64,000 nucleotides of DNA from Pelagomonas calceolata (lineage: Eukaryota), in contig CAKKNE010000003.1 of assembly GCA_918797485.1 (NCBI GenBank), forward strand, positions 3,906,001 through 3,970,000. The letters are read 5' to 3'. This document shows positions 1 to 12,273 of this stretch, piece after piece. The position numbers were made by a program, and so were the translations under genes. Within the stretch, counting starts at the first letter, position 1; every line of letters starts with the position of its first letter. Below the pieces are notes generated by a model. The model saw nothing but the letters and a program-made list of their open reading frames with translations, was not told where the DNA came from and ran no database searches.

Positions 1-451
1 CGGCCACGGCGTTCCTACCTCTGGTAAGTGCGTTGCGGACCATGCTCGTGATGTCTCCAATGACGACGGTGTCGCTGTCGAGCCACAGAGCCTTGTCCAC
101 ATTATCGGGTAGTATCTCTCGGAGGTAGAAGCGCGCGTAGTTCAACGCGTGCGCGAGATAGCCCTTCTTGCCGTGCCGCACCGATACGAGCCGGGCGACC
201 CTGCGATCCTCCCAGGGCACGACGCGCCAGTCTTCTTGTGGCAGCGCGCATCGTAGGGCCGCCTGGAAATCATGGACGTCCTTTTGTTGGACGATAACGT
301 GGACCTGGACTTGATTAAGAGCGCCTTCGAACACCGATCGGACGCAGGCCACAACCCCTAGCGCGTGGGAGCCGCTGCCGGCCACCACCACATGAGTTTT
401 GTCGTCTGAGGCGGTGGCTGCCGCGGCCAGCAGCACGAGTGCGAACCGCAT
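1..451 (-). CDS. GT8-family glycosyltransferase (5' part; runs off window start)
   Basis: Not in the ORF track. Manual translation from ATG 451 gives signal peptide MRFALVLLAAAATA, then ...LNYARFYLREILPDNVDKALWLDSDTVVIGDI, which matches the GT8 'NYARFYL..LP..vdKvlyLDsD.vV.gDi' DxD region. Confidence 0.8.
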   Translation of the reverse strand, partial: MRFALVLLAAAATASDDKTHVVVAGSGSHALGVVACVRSVFEGALNQVQVHVIVQQKDVHDFQAALRCALPQEDWRVVPWEDRRVARLVSVRHGKKGYLAHALNYARFYLREILPDNVDKALWLDSDTVVIGDITSMVRNALTRGRNAVA

Positions 452-881
452 GGCTGCTCAGGGCTTGGGGCGCATCGCTACGAGTGCGGTGTCCATCGCT
501 GCGGCAGCGTGGTCCGTGCTTGGGGCTGCCTTTTGCCAAGCACAGCTGCATGCAAAAAAGTTTTAGGTTGCGGGTTTGAATCAGCTCGCGCGAGCACTCC
601 GTTTTCGTGCCGTTGAGCGCTTTCAGAGCTGCCACTGACGCATGTCGCGCTAGTATGTCTAAGCTAGTTTGTCCTGGACAAAACGATTGTCTGTTTTGAG
701 CTAGACTGGGCCACCTCGGACAGCCGGCAGGCCGGCGGTCGTCTCATATCGGCTGCGATACCGGTCGCGGCTTGCTGCTCGTCCCGCACGGGCGGTGAGG
801 CAGTGAAACTGTTTTAACAGACGAGTGGGCCCGCAGCAGTAAAAACCGGCGCGCGCAGCGCAGCGCACGCGGCAAACAACC

Positions 882-3746
882 ATGTCAGGCCTCCGCCGGA
901 AACCGCTTACCCCCAAAAGCCCAAATGTCGCCGCCGCCGCACCGCCCAAGTCGCGCTCGCCCGTGCGCCGGCGCCCCTCGCCACCCTCAAAACAAGCCGG
1001 CGACCCGCTCCAGCTCCAGGCGCGCCTGGCCGCCTCGGAGATGAAGCGCGCGCAGCTCGAGCGCGAGAACGCTCTACTAAAAAACGACGCGGAAAAAAAG
1101 GCGGCGACGATCGCCACGCTGCGCGCCGAGCTCGCGGCGGCGCGGCGCGCGGCCGTCGCCGCCGCGGCGCCGGCGCCGGCCGCCGCGGCAGCGGCGGCGG
1201 CCGCCGTCCGGGCGCCGCCGGTCGCGTCGGTGAGCTCCGACGACTCCGCCGATGTTGTACCACCGCCGCTGCCGCCGCCCGCGGACTTTGCGGCGGGTGC
1301 CCTGAGCGGCCGCGTGAACCCCACGGGCGCGGTCCTCGACGGCCGCCACGCGCCGCGCGCGTCGAGCGCGCTTTACGTGCCCGCCAAGCTCGCGGCGCCC
1401 ACAAAGGCCGCGCCGGCGTCGCCCGACGTCCGCGTGCTCGCCGAGGGCTTCGTGCCCATCGAGGCCGAGGTCGAGGCCGCCGTCGAGCCGCTGCCGCCGC
1501 CGCCCGCGGAGGCGCCGCCGGCCAGGACGCTCCGGCGGTCGCCCCGCGCGCCCACGCCGCCGCCGCCGCCACCGGCCGACGCCGCCGAGGCGCCACCGCC
1601 GCAGAAGGCCAAGCGCGCCACCGCGGCGCCGCCGCCCAAGGCGCCGCGCCGGTCGCCGCGCGCCCCTACACCGCCGCCGGCCGCCGAGGCGCCGCCACCG
1701 CCACCGAAGGTCCAGCAGCGCATCCCCAAGAAGGCGGCGGCGCGGCGGCGGCGCAGCGTGCGCCTCGCGCGGGCCGACGCCGACGAGTCGCCCGCCGCGG
1801 CGGACGAGCCCCCGCCCGCGCCGACGCCGGCGAAGCCGGCGTCGGAGGAACCCACGCCGACGCCTACACCGGCCAAAGCGAAGCCGGCGTCGGCGAGGAA
1901 AGCGCCTGCGGACGCGCCCGCGCCCACGCCGGCCAAAACAACGCCCGCGCCGACGCCCACGCCGGCCAAGTCCGCGAAGAAGAGGGTCGTTATCCGAGCG
2001 AAGTCGCCGGCCAAGCCGCGCACGCCCGCGAAGACGCCCGCGAAGACGCCAACCAAGAAGCCGTCGCCGCGGTCCCTCGTCGCGTCCGCGGCCACGGCCT
2101 GGTCGGCCTCGGCCAAGAAGGCGTCGGCGCACAAGGGCCGGCGGTCGCTCTCGTCGCCGGCGCGGACGCGCGCGCCCACGCCGACGCCGCAGAAGGCGGG
2201 CCGTCGCCGCCGGTCGCGGTCGCCGCCGCCTCCGACACAACAGACGACGCCGGCGAAGCCGACGCCGCGCCGCAGCGCCCGGCGGTCGCGGTCGCCGCCG
2301 CCGCCGACGCCGACGACGGTGGCCACCGACGACTACGCGGGCGTGCTGGCCTGGGACGGGAACGACGACGGCGTGCTGGCCTGGAGCCCGCGATCATCAG
2401 CGTCGCCCTGGTCGAAGCCCGCCAAGACGCCGACGCCGCCCAAGGCCAGCACGCCCCTCTCGAAGCCGCTGTCGGGCCCGCGGCTCTCCGAGGACGACTA
2501 TTATGATGGAGGCGTGCTGGCTTGGGACGGCGACGACGCCGGCGCCGGCGTGCTGGCCTGGAGCCCGCGCGCGTCGCTGGCGTCGCGGCCGCGCGCGTCC
2601 GTGGCGTCGCGCGCGTCGACGGCGGCGCCGGCGTCTCCATCAGTGGCGTCGCCGCGGCCGGCACCTCCGTCAATGACGCGCCCGGGCTTCGCCGCGGCGA
2701 CGGCCGCGGCCCGGGCCTTCGGAGAGGCGTCCGTCGATAAAGCATTGGAGCCCTGGGCGGCCGCGGCGTGCGCCGCCGAGGCGTGCGTCGCGCCACCCGT
2801 AACACAGGGCCGCGTGCGGTTTCGGCGGTGCGACTTCTCCAGCGTGGCGCCGCCCTGCGACGTTGCGAGAGGTTCGGAGCGCGAGACGGAGGCCGCCGTT
2901 ACGGCTCTAGGCAAGGCGGCGGCCGCGGGCGACGCGTTAAGTGCAGCGATACGGACGGCGCCCGACACGATGGACGCCGCGCGCGCGCTGCGGGAGTCCT
3001 TGCGGCGGGTCTCGCATATGAATGGAGAGACGGGCGGCGCCGCGGCCTTCTGGGGCGCCGAGCTCGACGCCATCCTGCGCGATAGGAGAGACGCGTCGCC
3101 CGTCCGTCAAAGATTGGGCGAGCTCTGCGTCTCCGGGCTGCGGTTCCACTTGAGGCGACTCCTCAATCAACCACCAGTCCCGCAGAACCCGGCCACCGAC
3201 GGCGCGATCTACGACTGGTCTCGCTCTAGGGTTCATACTTTCTTGCGGGTCGAGATTTCTGTGAACGGTGAGCCGTCGGAGGGCGCCCTCGCGACGGAAC
3301 TTGCTGGTGCTTTGGTAGATCTGAGCCGCGCGACTCTTGCGAGAGCTGCACCGGAGAGCACGGGTCTCCAGAGAGTCGACGACCTCTCGGCGTTAGCGCG
3401 CGGTGCGTTGGCACATGCCTTCCTCCACACCCTGCTGACGTGGCCTTTTCTGGACGAGGCCGTCGTCGAAGCGGGCGGCTGGGCGCCCGTGGAACGATTG
3501 GCGGCGGTCCTCGTGGTGCATGCTCCGTCCGCGTTCGAGGTCTGGGCGCCGCTCGCGGACGTGAGCTCCTTGCGCGCGCGGTTGAAAGCGGGCCTCGGTC
3601 CCTCGGAAAATGAGAAGCGCGCGGCGCTGCGCGCGTTGCAAGCTCTCGGCCGCGGCGCCGACGCCGTGGTCGCGCGCGAGGCCGTCCGGGCGAACGCGGC
3701 GGCCTTCGCCTACGCGGAGTGCTGCCCGGCCGAGGCGGAGGAGTGA
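882..3746 (+). CDS. Uncharacterised 954-aa protein: N-terminal coiled coil, long P/A/T/K low-complexity region, GVLAW repeats, helical C-terminal domain
   Basis: Long ATG-initiated ORF with coding-like third-position GC and a globular-looking C-terminus. No family recognised. Confidence 0.7.
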   Translation: MSGLRRKPLTPKSPNVAAAAPPKSRSPVRRRPSPPSKQAGDPLQLQARLAASEMKRAQLERENALLKNDAEKKAATIATLRAELAAARRAAVAAAAPAPAAAAAAAAAVRAPPVASVSSDDSADVVPPPLPPPADFAAGALSGRVNPTGAVLDGRHAPRASSALYVPAKLAAPTKAAPASPDVRVLAEGFVPIEAEVEAAVEPLPPPPAEAPPARTLRRSPRAPTPPPPPPADAAEAPPPQKAKRATAAPPPKAPRRSPRAPTPPPAAEAPPPPPKVQQRIPKKAAARRRRSVRLARADADESPAAADEPPPAPTPAKPASEEPTPTPTPAKAKPASARKAPADAPAPTPAKTTPAPTPTPAKSAKKRVVIRAKSPAKPRTPAKTPAKTPTKKPSPRSLVASAATAWSASAKKASAHKGRRSLSSPARTRAPTPTPQKAGRRRRSRSPPPPTQQTTPAKPTPRRSARRSRSPPPPTPTTVATDDYAGVLAWDGNDDGVLAWSPRSSASPWSKPAKTPTPPKASTPLSKPLSGPRLSEDDYYDGGVLAWDGDDAGAGVLAWSPRASLASRPRASVASRASTAAPASPSVASPRPAPPSMTRPGFAAATAAARAFGEASVDKALEPWAAAACAAEACVAPPVTQGRVRFRRCDFSSVAPPCDVARGSERETEAAVTALGKAAAAGDALSAAIRTAPDTMDAARALRESLRRVSHMNGETGGAAAFWGAELDAILRDRRDASPVRQRLGELCVSGLRFHLRRLLNQPPVPQNPATDGAIYDWSRSRVHTFLRVEISVNGEPSEGALATELAGALVDLSRATLARAAPESTGLQRVDDLSALARGALAHAFLHTLLTWPFLDEAVVEAGGWAPVERLAAVLVVHAPSAFEVWAPLADVSSLRARLKAGLGPSENEKRAALRALQALGRGADAVVAREAVRANAAAFAYAECCPAEAEE

Positions 3747-3770
3747 GTAAGAGAGAGACTCATTATCTTC

Positions 3771-4454
3771 TTAGGTTAAATTCACGCCATCGGGAGTCGG
3801 ATACAACTCGAGGAAATCCTGTCGCAGTTTTTCAATCGTTTTGCCATGCGGGTCCCAGTGCGACCGGCGCTCCTTGGCTTGTTCAAGGAATGTTTTCAAG
3901 CACGGGCCCCGGTGCTCTGGCCAGTGCGCGCGCTGGCACGCCTCGTCGCAGTATCGTCCCTCGCCGCACTCGCCACAAACCAAGAGCCGCGGTTCCGAAA
4001 GATCATATTGCTTTCCGCACCCCGAGCAAATGCGGCGCCGGATGCGCGGCCAATATTTTCGGATGCGAGGCCAGCGCATGGTGGCCTTGATCAACTTAAA
4101 AGCTGTTCGATCAACGCCACTTCGGAGAAAGGTTTTGCTCATATACTCGGCCATGGTTCTCCTGTCGTCGTCGCCGAGCGAAATTGCGTCCACTAAAGCC
4201 AAGTTTGCCCGGAAAAGTTGCGGGTGAGTTTCAGGAGAAAAAGCAACACCACCCTCAGCGGACTCCAGGGCGGCCCAGCATTCCGCCTCGGCGGCCGCGA
4301 TGGCGGCGGCTCGTCGCTCCGGCGACAAGGTCGAGGCAGAGGGAGATGAGTTAAGATTCCGCCTCCCTGTTTCGACGTCTATCGGTATCAGGCCGCGCCG
4401 CGACGCATTTGAGACTGGCAAACCACCTCGCTGTCTCCTAGATTTCTTGCCCAT
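3771..4454 (-). CDS. MYND-type zinc finger protein
   Basis: CSGC...LLVCGECGEGRYCDEACQRAHWPEHRGPC is the zf-MYND pattern. Confidence 0.85.
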   Translation of the reverse strand: MGKKSRRQRGGLPVSNASRRGLIPIDVETGRRNLNSSPSASTLSPERRAAAIAAAEAECWAALESAEGGVAFSPETHPQLFRANLALVDAISLGDDDRRTMAEYMSKTFLRSGVDRTAFKLIKATMRWPRIRKYWPRIRRRICSGCGKQYDLSEPRLLVCGECGEGRYCDEACQRAHWPEHRGPCLKTFLEQAKERRSHWDPHGKTIEKLRQDFLELYPTPDGVNLT

Positions 4455-4647
4455 GGCTCAATTTCGAACCAAGGATATTAGCCAGGCGCAGGCTCGAGCC
4501 GGCGTGCGCGTCCAGGAGCCAAAGATGTTGAGTTATGGCACCTCGAGCTAGCGGCTTGTAAGACACTAGGAAGCCCAAGCTCTCTCTCTCTGCCACCACT
4601 CGTTAAACTCGACTATTCTTCAGACACGTTGCTGAAACGCATCATCA

Positions 4648-6325
4648 ATGGGATCGCTGGACGCAGCCCTGCCAGCACTGCTGCAGCTGGCAGTGCTAGT
4701 GCTTGCAGGCATTGGAGCTCTGGCAGCACTGAATGCCTATGCCAGACCCGCGCGAGACGCCGCGACTGCGTGGGACGACGGCGCCGCGCTCCGCTGCGCC
4801 GTCGACGACACGCCGCTCGTCCCGGACGGCTCGTCGACACGAATCGAAACGTCCCGCCTCGTCGGCGAGGTGCGGTTCGTGCAGCGCCGCGAGGGCACGG
4901 CCCGCTGCGCAGTCGCGCTCGCTGCGCGGCCCACGGCGCCGCTGCCGCCACGGCTCTGGTTCGGCGTTGAGGTGGCCGAGGGCGAGTCCGAGCCGCCGCG
5001 GGCCTTGCGCGCGCTCGCGGGCACGCTCTTGACGCTGGCGCGGCGACTGATGGGCACGGAGGTGCGCTGCGAGCTGAACACGGTGAGGCCGCTCATCGCG
5101 TTCGACGTCGCGAGCGCCGCGACGCGCTTCGAGGCCTGGCCGTGTGCCGCGCCGGCGCCCCTCGACGCCGCCGACGGGGCTCCAGCCGAGGGCCCGGCAC
5201 CCGTCGAGGCCGACCGGGCGCGGGTCCTCGCCGCGGTGAAGGAAGGGCGTCACCTGGCGCTTGCGTGGTACACGACGTATGTCGATTTCGAAAAATGGTC
5301 CTGCGTTGGGCTTCCGGCCTGGCTGGGAGGCGAGGTGCCCATCGCGCGGCTCTGGGGGAATCGGGGGTTGCGCCTCGTGCTTTTTGGGGACGGTCCGGAC
5401 GGCGCGCGGGACTACTGGCTCGAGATAAACGTAGACCGGGCCACGAAGCCGCGGCCGCCGCCGCCGCGCGGCCTCGACGTGCTGAACGCGGCCGCGGGCC
5501 CGCGGTCGCGGTCGCTCTGCGTCGACGTCGCGGCCCTGCCCGGACTTTTGCTCAAACGGCTGCTCGGGGAAGGCCGCGACGACTCCGCTGCGTTAGCGTT
5601 CGTGGATCGAAGCGCCCTGGCCGCGTTGAGCGACGACGAGCGCCTCGCCTTCGCCCTCAACCTGTACCACCTATGCATCGCGGCGGCGCAGCGCTCGGGC
5701 CGCTACGTTATTTGGGGCCGCGACGTTCCCTGGTTCCGGCGCCGGCCGCCGTTCCTGGCGCTGGCGCGACTCGGCGTCCTTTTTCTCGCCGCGACGCCAT
5801 CGACGCGGCGTTTGAACACGGTTCCCCCGCACACAGGCCGACGCCCTGCGGCGCGCGTCCGTCGACGTCGGGGGTGTTTACGTCACGCCGCTCGCGCTCG
5901 AGCACGGCTGGCTGAGGGGGGCAACTCCGCAACGGTCATTCGCGGCGCTCGCGCTCGCCGGTAAGCCGCCGAATCCGCTGGCGCCGTGGGAGCCTCCAGA
6001 CGTCGACGCGTGTCTGGCCCTGGCGCTCCAGTCCGGCGTCGCCGCGTGCGGGCCGGCGGCGGTGCCGGTCTATGCCGCGGCGACGGTGCGCGCCCAACTC
6101 CGGGAAACTGCAAGGCGTGTCTGTATCGCCTTCGCCCCACGCCTACCCCCCGTGTGTCGCTACCACGCGCACGCGTTCGGCGTCGACCGGGCACGCGTCG
6201 CGTTCGCCGTCGCCAGTCTTGCGGGGGGCGGCATCTCGCTAGATGCTCGCCCGGCGCCGTTCTCGTGCGCGCCAGCACTCCTGGAGCTCCTCGACGAAGA
6301 CGGAGGGGAGCGCGTCGTCCGCTAA
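4648..6325 (+). CDS. Membrane-anchored protein with DUF1769-like region and C-terminal DUF547-like domain (2 exons; intron ~5776-5836)
   Basis: ERLAFALNLYH, LEHGWLRG and PVYAAATVRAQLRETA resemble DUF547 motifs. They join in frame only if GTCCTT...ACACAG (61 nt) is removed, giving 538 aa. Confidence 0.65.
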
Positions 6326-6577
6326 CTGTTGTTGTGAATTGTACATGAGTCTTAGAGTTGCGTCAGCGGGTGGAGGGCGGCCGCCGGCGTTGGCGGAGTT
6401 GGAGGTTCGTCGAGCCACCCTGGCGGGAAGGGCTCCGACGCCGAGCGGAAGTGTCCCGGCCCCCCGAGCGACGTGACCGTCGAGGCGGACGACGTCGACG
6501 ACGTCGGCCGCGCCCGCGAAACGCCGTCGCCGGCGGGCACCGCGTAAATGGTAGCATACACTAGTCACAACAACGGC

Positions 6578-9500
6578 TTAGTCCACCCCCCGCGCGACGA
6601 GCGCGCCGAACATGCCTCTCTTCGGCTTGACTTTTTTCTTCGAAACTCTTTCAGCATTGGCGGCATACCTTTCTCGCTCCGCCTGCTCGCGGGCCACCTC
6701 CCCGCGACACGCCCGCACCAACCGCACGACGGCCTCCTCGAATTCTCGGTAGGACCAATCCTGGTCGTCGAACTCACCGCTTTGTATGGTACCTTCGTCG
6801 TTGTCGTCAAAAGCTAAACCCGCGTCCGTCGCCGCTCGCGACAACGTACCATAGGAAGCCGCGATGTCCAGCATCGACTGGTACTGCTTGTACAAAGCAG
6901 CATCTTGGGCCCAGCCCTTGGGCTTCGTGCAAAAGCCGAGCTTCTCGACGAGTTCCGGATTGGCGACAAGCGTCTGCAAGAGGGGTTCCGTCGCGCAGAC
7001 GCCGTCGCCCCAGTCCTTGGCGAGCTCGAAGGCCTGGCGGCAGGCCGCGGCCCAGGACGCATTTAAGTGAGCTCTTCTCATGCGTCTCTTGGGATCCACT
7101 TTTTGATACTTGAGGACATCTTTATCAATTTCCTTGATCTCCTCGCGCAGCTTCTCCCTTCTGTTATCGTCGACGGCATGGCGCAGGTTCTGCCTCCTCG
7201 CTCCCGGTATTTCCTTCGCGGCGCCCGCGACGCCCTCAAATAAAGCTTTAGCACCACCTTTCATCGTCGTCTGGAAGACGCCCTTCTTGACGCCCTTCTG
7301 GACGGCGACGCCGAGCTTCGACTGCACCGCGCCGGGGTTCTGCATGTTCTTAATGACCAGTAAAAACTCCTCGAAGTCGATTTCACCTGCGTAGATCAAA
7401 GTTCAACTCGTGCTTCAATTTTTGGTGTGTCGTGGTCGGAGCGAGGTACGGCTCTCTGGATACGGTCGAGGGTATCGCTCGGAGGCCGTGGCCGAGTTTG
7501 GGCCAGAAACATGGCCGCGGTGCCGAGATAGCGAGACGCGCGTGTGTGATGAGTGACTCAGCGGCCTCGAATTTACTTCAAGTTGTATGGCGCGCTCCGT
7601 TGACGCCGTCGACGCGTTGCTGCCTCGCGCCGATGGCGTAGAGACCGACGCCGGTCTCGAAGGCCCGGCGGGACGCCGCTACACACCGTTCCCGTCGACG
7701 TCAATTTCATCCACAATGTCGTCGAGCTCCCGCTGGCCCATGGGCATGCGCATGTTCTTGAACAATACACCTAGCTCTTCGGCATCTAAGTAACCGGAAC
7801 CGTCGGCATCAAGTTCCGCGAAGAGCTCTTGTAACTTGAGCAACGTTTCCTTGTCGAAGCCGGCGGTGGCCGACGACAGCGCCGAGTAGCCCAGGTGCTT
7901 GCGCCAGTTCAATATTATCGACTGAAATTTCAGGCGTAGTGGTCGTGCGACGCGCCACACATTTCTTTCGACAATTTCCAGCTGGTTCAACAGCACGAGG
8001 AGCTCCAACTTCTTCGTCACGAGGACCTTCGACCGACTCGCGACGCCCGCGGACATGCTCTCCGGCAATGCATTAAGTTCCCTCTTCCAGTGCTCTCTGA
8101 CGTGCGCGTTGACGCCTGGTTCGGAACATAACGATAGTAAGGCAAGACAACCTCTCTGAACTAACGAGACAGAAGTAGGGTGCAGGGCCATCGACCACAG
8201 TTCTTTCAACACATCAGGATGCTTCCTTCTACGTGTGGGAGCATTCCGGTACGGCGACGGTTTGGCGAGGCCCTTCTGCTCGGCCAGGGCCATCTCGTGG
8301 AGCATGTCGTCGTCGTGGCCCCCACAAGCGCGCTCGACGAGGGCCTCCCAGCGCCGCGGGTTCATCTCGTTCGGGTCGTCTTTTATTGATGATAACGACC
8401 CTCGTCGCTTCTTGCCGCTCTCATGCTCCTTCCGCCGCGCCTCGCGCATGTCCCAGGCGTCCTTGTCGAAGTCCTTCAAATCAAACGACTTCCCGAGGGC
8501 CTCAAAATGGTCCTCGAGCAGCCCGAGCAGCCGCAGGATCCAGTCCCGCCCCACGTCTCGAGCTAGAGCGTCTTTGTCAGCTTTTGTGGAGGGTGGAAGG
8601 CCAAACGCCGGTCTATCCGGAATGCATTCCATCAATATCGATTCTGTCGCCGTCCGTATGAGGAAGAAGCCCGCGGGGTCGCAGTCGGCCGTCTCGGGCA
8701 CGCCGTGCCGCTCGATCTCTGGCAAAGTGACGCGGCGACATTCCAGGATGTCGCTGCATTCTACCTCGTCATAGGCCTCGGGGACATCCACGGTACCTTC
8801 GGGGAGGCCGTCTCTCAGGTTCTTTCTGACACAGGGGTCCTTGTAGCGCGAGAAGAGGGACTTGTTGGCCCGCGCTTCCATGCGCATGGCCTCCATCAAT
8901 CTCGGATTCGCCCGCATCGCTGTATATTCCTCCTCGTAGTCGTTGTGTTGCGTGCATTTGGCAACATAACCTGTCGACTTCGCTCGAGTTTCCCAGAACA
9001 CCCGTCCCGAGTCGATCTTGATGAGCCGCGGCGCGCCGGCCGCTTCTAGGAGCGAAACTTTGCCCTTCGTGACGGGCGCATCTCTCAAAGCTTCGCACTC
9101 GTCTCGATCAAAGACGCGGACGCGCGTCGACGGCGGCGGCGCGGTCCGCAATCGACGTTTCTCTTCGGCAATTTTCTCGGCTTCCGCGTCCTCCTCTTCT
9201 TCTTTCAATGAATCTAGCACGCTCAACTGGCCCAGATCGGCAGCTTTTTTGATGGCGCGCGCCTGCGTGGAGAACGATGCTGCCCCCGTACACTCACGAC
9301 GACGGCGTCACGGCGACGTGGGACGCCATCGACGCGACCACGCCAAGTTCAACTTCAATCACGACGCTGAGTCAGCGCCTTCGACGCCTCCGCGGACTCT
9401 TTGCCATAAACTACCTCTAAATAATCGGTAGGGCCGAAGTCCGTCTCGGAACACATCTCGATGTCCCGGACGTCTCGCCCGAAGACCAAGCGGTGGCGGG

Positions 9501-10974
9501 CGTGATCCGACACGTACAGTTGTTCGAAACAGCATGCGGCTTGGGCCCGGACTGGTTCCGGCCTCGTCCGAGACGCGCAGGCCGCCGCTAAGGGTGCCGC
9601 GTCGAGGGCTAGCTTCGAACTCCAAGGATCGCCGTCGTCATACGGCGTGCATTCTCCTAGTTTTCTCAGTAACATCAACGCAGCTTCGGTGCCGACTGGA
9701 TTGTAATCCGGCTCCAGACTTCTCAAGATAGCTTTCCGTATTCGATCATCCCGCAGGCAGTCGACATGTTCACTATGAGTTGCGATGCGCGCCAACGTCC
9801 ACAATGCCCCAATCTGCGCATGGGCGACCGTAGAGGGTAGGCCCGGCTTCCTCCGTCTTCCTCCAATCCCATCGAACGCGATCGCCGCCAGCAAGTCACA
9901 CCCCCCATGGTCGACAATCTCCGTGCAATCATCGATATCCGGCGCGACCTGGCCCAGTATGCGTATTGCTGCCGCTCTAGCTAGTGGGAGTTTCGGCACC
10001 CGGAGCATGCCGACGAGCGGCGCCACGCCGCCGTGCAACCCAACGAGTCGAGGATGCCAGATCGAGATAGGTACTAAACAAGCTACTGCCGGTTGGGTGA
10101 GTTCGAGAGGCCCAAAACGTAAGCAAGTTAACAGTGGTGGTATGGCTTGACACTCGCCGAGGCGCTGCGCCGTCTCCGAGCTGACACAGAGATTCCGCAG
10201 CGTCATCAGGACTAAGCTACAAACTTCGACCTCCCTTCTATCCCATTCTTTACCTCTTTTTTTGTCAGGAGATAACGAGGTTGGTGCTTCCTCGCGCTCG
10301 TTGGCCGCCGACTCGTGCCGCACGCAGCTCGATTGGAGCCACTTCACGAGACCTTCCACCAAGCCAGGAGCGAAGCCCAGCACTTTCTGCCGCTCCGTGT
10401 TCGAAGACACGGCCCAGCCGTCGCCGATGATCGAGTCCCACCTCGAACCATCATCAGTATGAACGTCGGGCACAGCTAAAGCTTGGATCAACTCGACGGC
10501 GGCGAACCGCGTCGCGGCCTCATATTGTCTCGACAACAACTCCGTCAGCGCCGCGATCGCTGGTTTTTGGGATTTGCCCAGAACTAAAATATCCCGAACA
10601 TCTTTGGCGGTGGCGCCCGGCACGTCGCCGCACGAACCCCTCACAAACGATTTGAGCGCCCGCAGTTTCCTCAAAACCCGTCGTTCCTCGAACGTCTCCG
10701 GCCGCGGGAACGACATTTCATTTAATATATCTAACATCATGGCTCGCGCGTATTCAGGATTCGACTTGCGGTCCACAGATCTAATAGATTTCGACTGGAC
10801 CGACGACTCCTCTTCATAAACTTCTCGGAGGACTTCCGGCGGTCCCAAGTTGCGATGCTCGGGGCCACCTAGTAAGCCAGCGGCGACGTGCTGCCGCACG
10901 CGTGCGAGCTCCGCCTCCCTCACTTCTTCTTCCGTCAGGAAGTTGGGCTCCATCGGCACGACGGCGGCGTCCAT
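6578..10974 (-). CDS. ARM-repeat plus EF-hand protein (3 exons; introns 9263-9378 GC-AG and 7387-7686 GT-AG)
   Basis: Three ORFs join in frame to 1326 aa. EF-hand DVDGNG|EIDFEEF is split exactly by the 300-nt intron, and a second EF-hand DADGSGYLDAEEL is present. The 5' ORF has ARM-like helices (LRNLCVS, GGVAPLVGMLR). An alternative in-frame GT donor (GAG|GTAGTT) exists for intron 1. Confidence 0.7.
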
Positions 10975-11293
10975 GGGCCTCGCGTGGGGGCTGCCCTTAC
11001 TACTGAAGCCCTGCGCACGGCTCCTGGGGCTGCCCGCGCGCGCCGACGCTTGCGCCTGGCGCCCGGCGATCAGTGGGCACGCGGGGTTGGCTTTGGCTAG
11101 CCCCTGCCCGGCTGCACGGCGTGCAGTAGCGCACAACGCCGAGCGGCTTGCGTGCTTGCTAGTGTCTTACCGGCCGCTAGCTCGCGCGGGGACGAACGGG
11201 CAACTCGGAGAAGTATTATCTTACACGGGCGTGGGAAAGCAAGAGAGGGGATATAATGCACGTCTTCTTTGCGACTGGTGTAGACATGCGACT

Positions 11294-11817
11294 TCAGTCT
11301 TTGTAGCCGCCGCAGTCGCCGCCGCCTTGTTCACAAGCCGCTTTCGAGTTATCGGGGTTCTTGCACAAGTCGGACGTCGGGTCTTTGCAATTAGCGTCCT
11401 GACCAGAGCACGTCCAGCCCAACTCGTAAATGCACTTGCACGCGCAGCCCGAGATGCTCTGCGTTTGCGAGATAGTGCACCCACCCGGATGATAGTCACA
11501 ATCACAGTGCACGGGGGTCTCGAACGGATGACGCCCACCTTGTCTGGTACAATCTCCATCTAGGACGAGCTCCGTGGCCGTGGAACCGCGGAGGCCGGGC
11601 GACGGCGCGCCGGGCGTGGCCGTGACGGCGAGCACGCCTGCGCCGTACATAAGGTGACCCGCGCGTCCCGGAGATCGAGAAATTCTACGCAGGAGCGGTT
11701 GCCGAGGACGAACGACGCGACGCCGGCGAACGCGAGGACCTTCCGGGACAGGGGCTTGGACTTGAGCATGGTCTGCTCGGACGTCGCTTCGGTGGAGATC
11801 GTGCTGTACGAGGCCAT
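11294..11817 (-). CDS. Small membrane-anchored or secreted 12-Cys protein (intron 11638-11702, GC-AG)
   Basis: MASYSTIS...VLAFAGVASFVLG|VLAVTA hydrophobic anchor is restored by a 65-nt intron. The C-terminal domain reads CDCDYHPGGCTIS...CACKC...WTC...GGGDCGGY. Confidence 0.7.
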
Positions 11818-11998
11818 CTTGTAGGCCTGCGTCGTAGCAATTGATGGCTGAGAGCATTTTGTGGAGTAAATGCACTCAAGTGGTCGCTGTCGTGGAGGGT
11901 TGGAGGGTTGGAGAGGGTCGCGGAGGTATAGGTGGAGGTATAGGGGTGGTGGAGGTACGCACGAGCGCGCTGTGTGCTGATTGCTGATTTGCAGAAGC

Positions 11999-12273
11999 CA
12001 GGGCCCTTGCATACACAGACGCTCGCATACCTCCGTATGCGCCGCATGCAGGCGCGTATTTGGTGTTTTTCTAGGACCCTTACCATCGTAATTTTTGTGG
12101 GTCTGGGGGCGTTTTCTTGCTGGGGGGTATACCCTAGTTGAAGGTCGATGTTGAACTTGAACCATTTACCCCCCTACTACGGCCCACGTATGCAGACGCG
12201 CATGCGGGAGCGATCTCAGAAGTACGCATGTAGGGGTACGAGTTTGGACATACGTGCGTATGCAAGGGCCCTG
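11999..12273. mobile_element. Non-autonomous DNA transposon (MITE), hAT-like
   Basis: Perfect 16-bp TIR CAGGGCCCTTGCATAC / GTATGCAAGGGCCCTG, perfect 8-bp TSD GCAGAAGC (11991-11998 and 12274-12281), and subterminal GCATAC/GTATGC/CGCATG repeats. Confidence 0.9.

Noticed and set aside
701..2805. Long overlapping Arg/Gly/Ala-rich ORFs here and throughout the window
   Set aside because: These are antisense or alternate-frame shadows expected at high GC, with no recognisable motifs.
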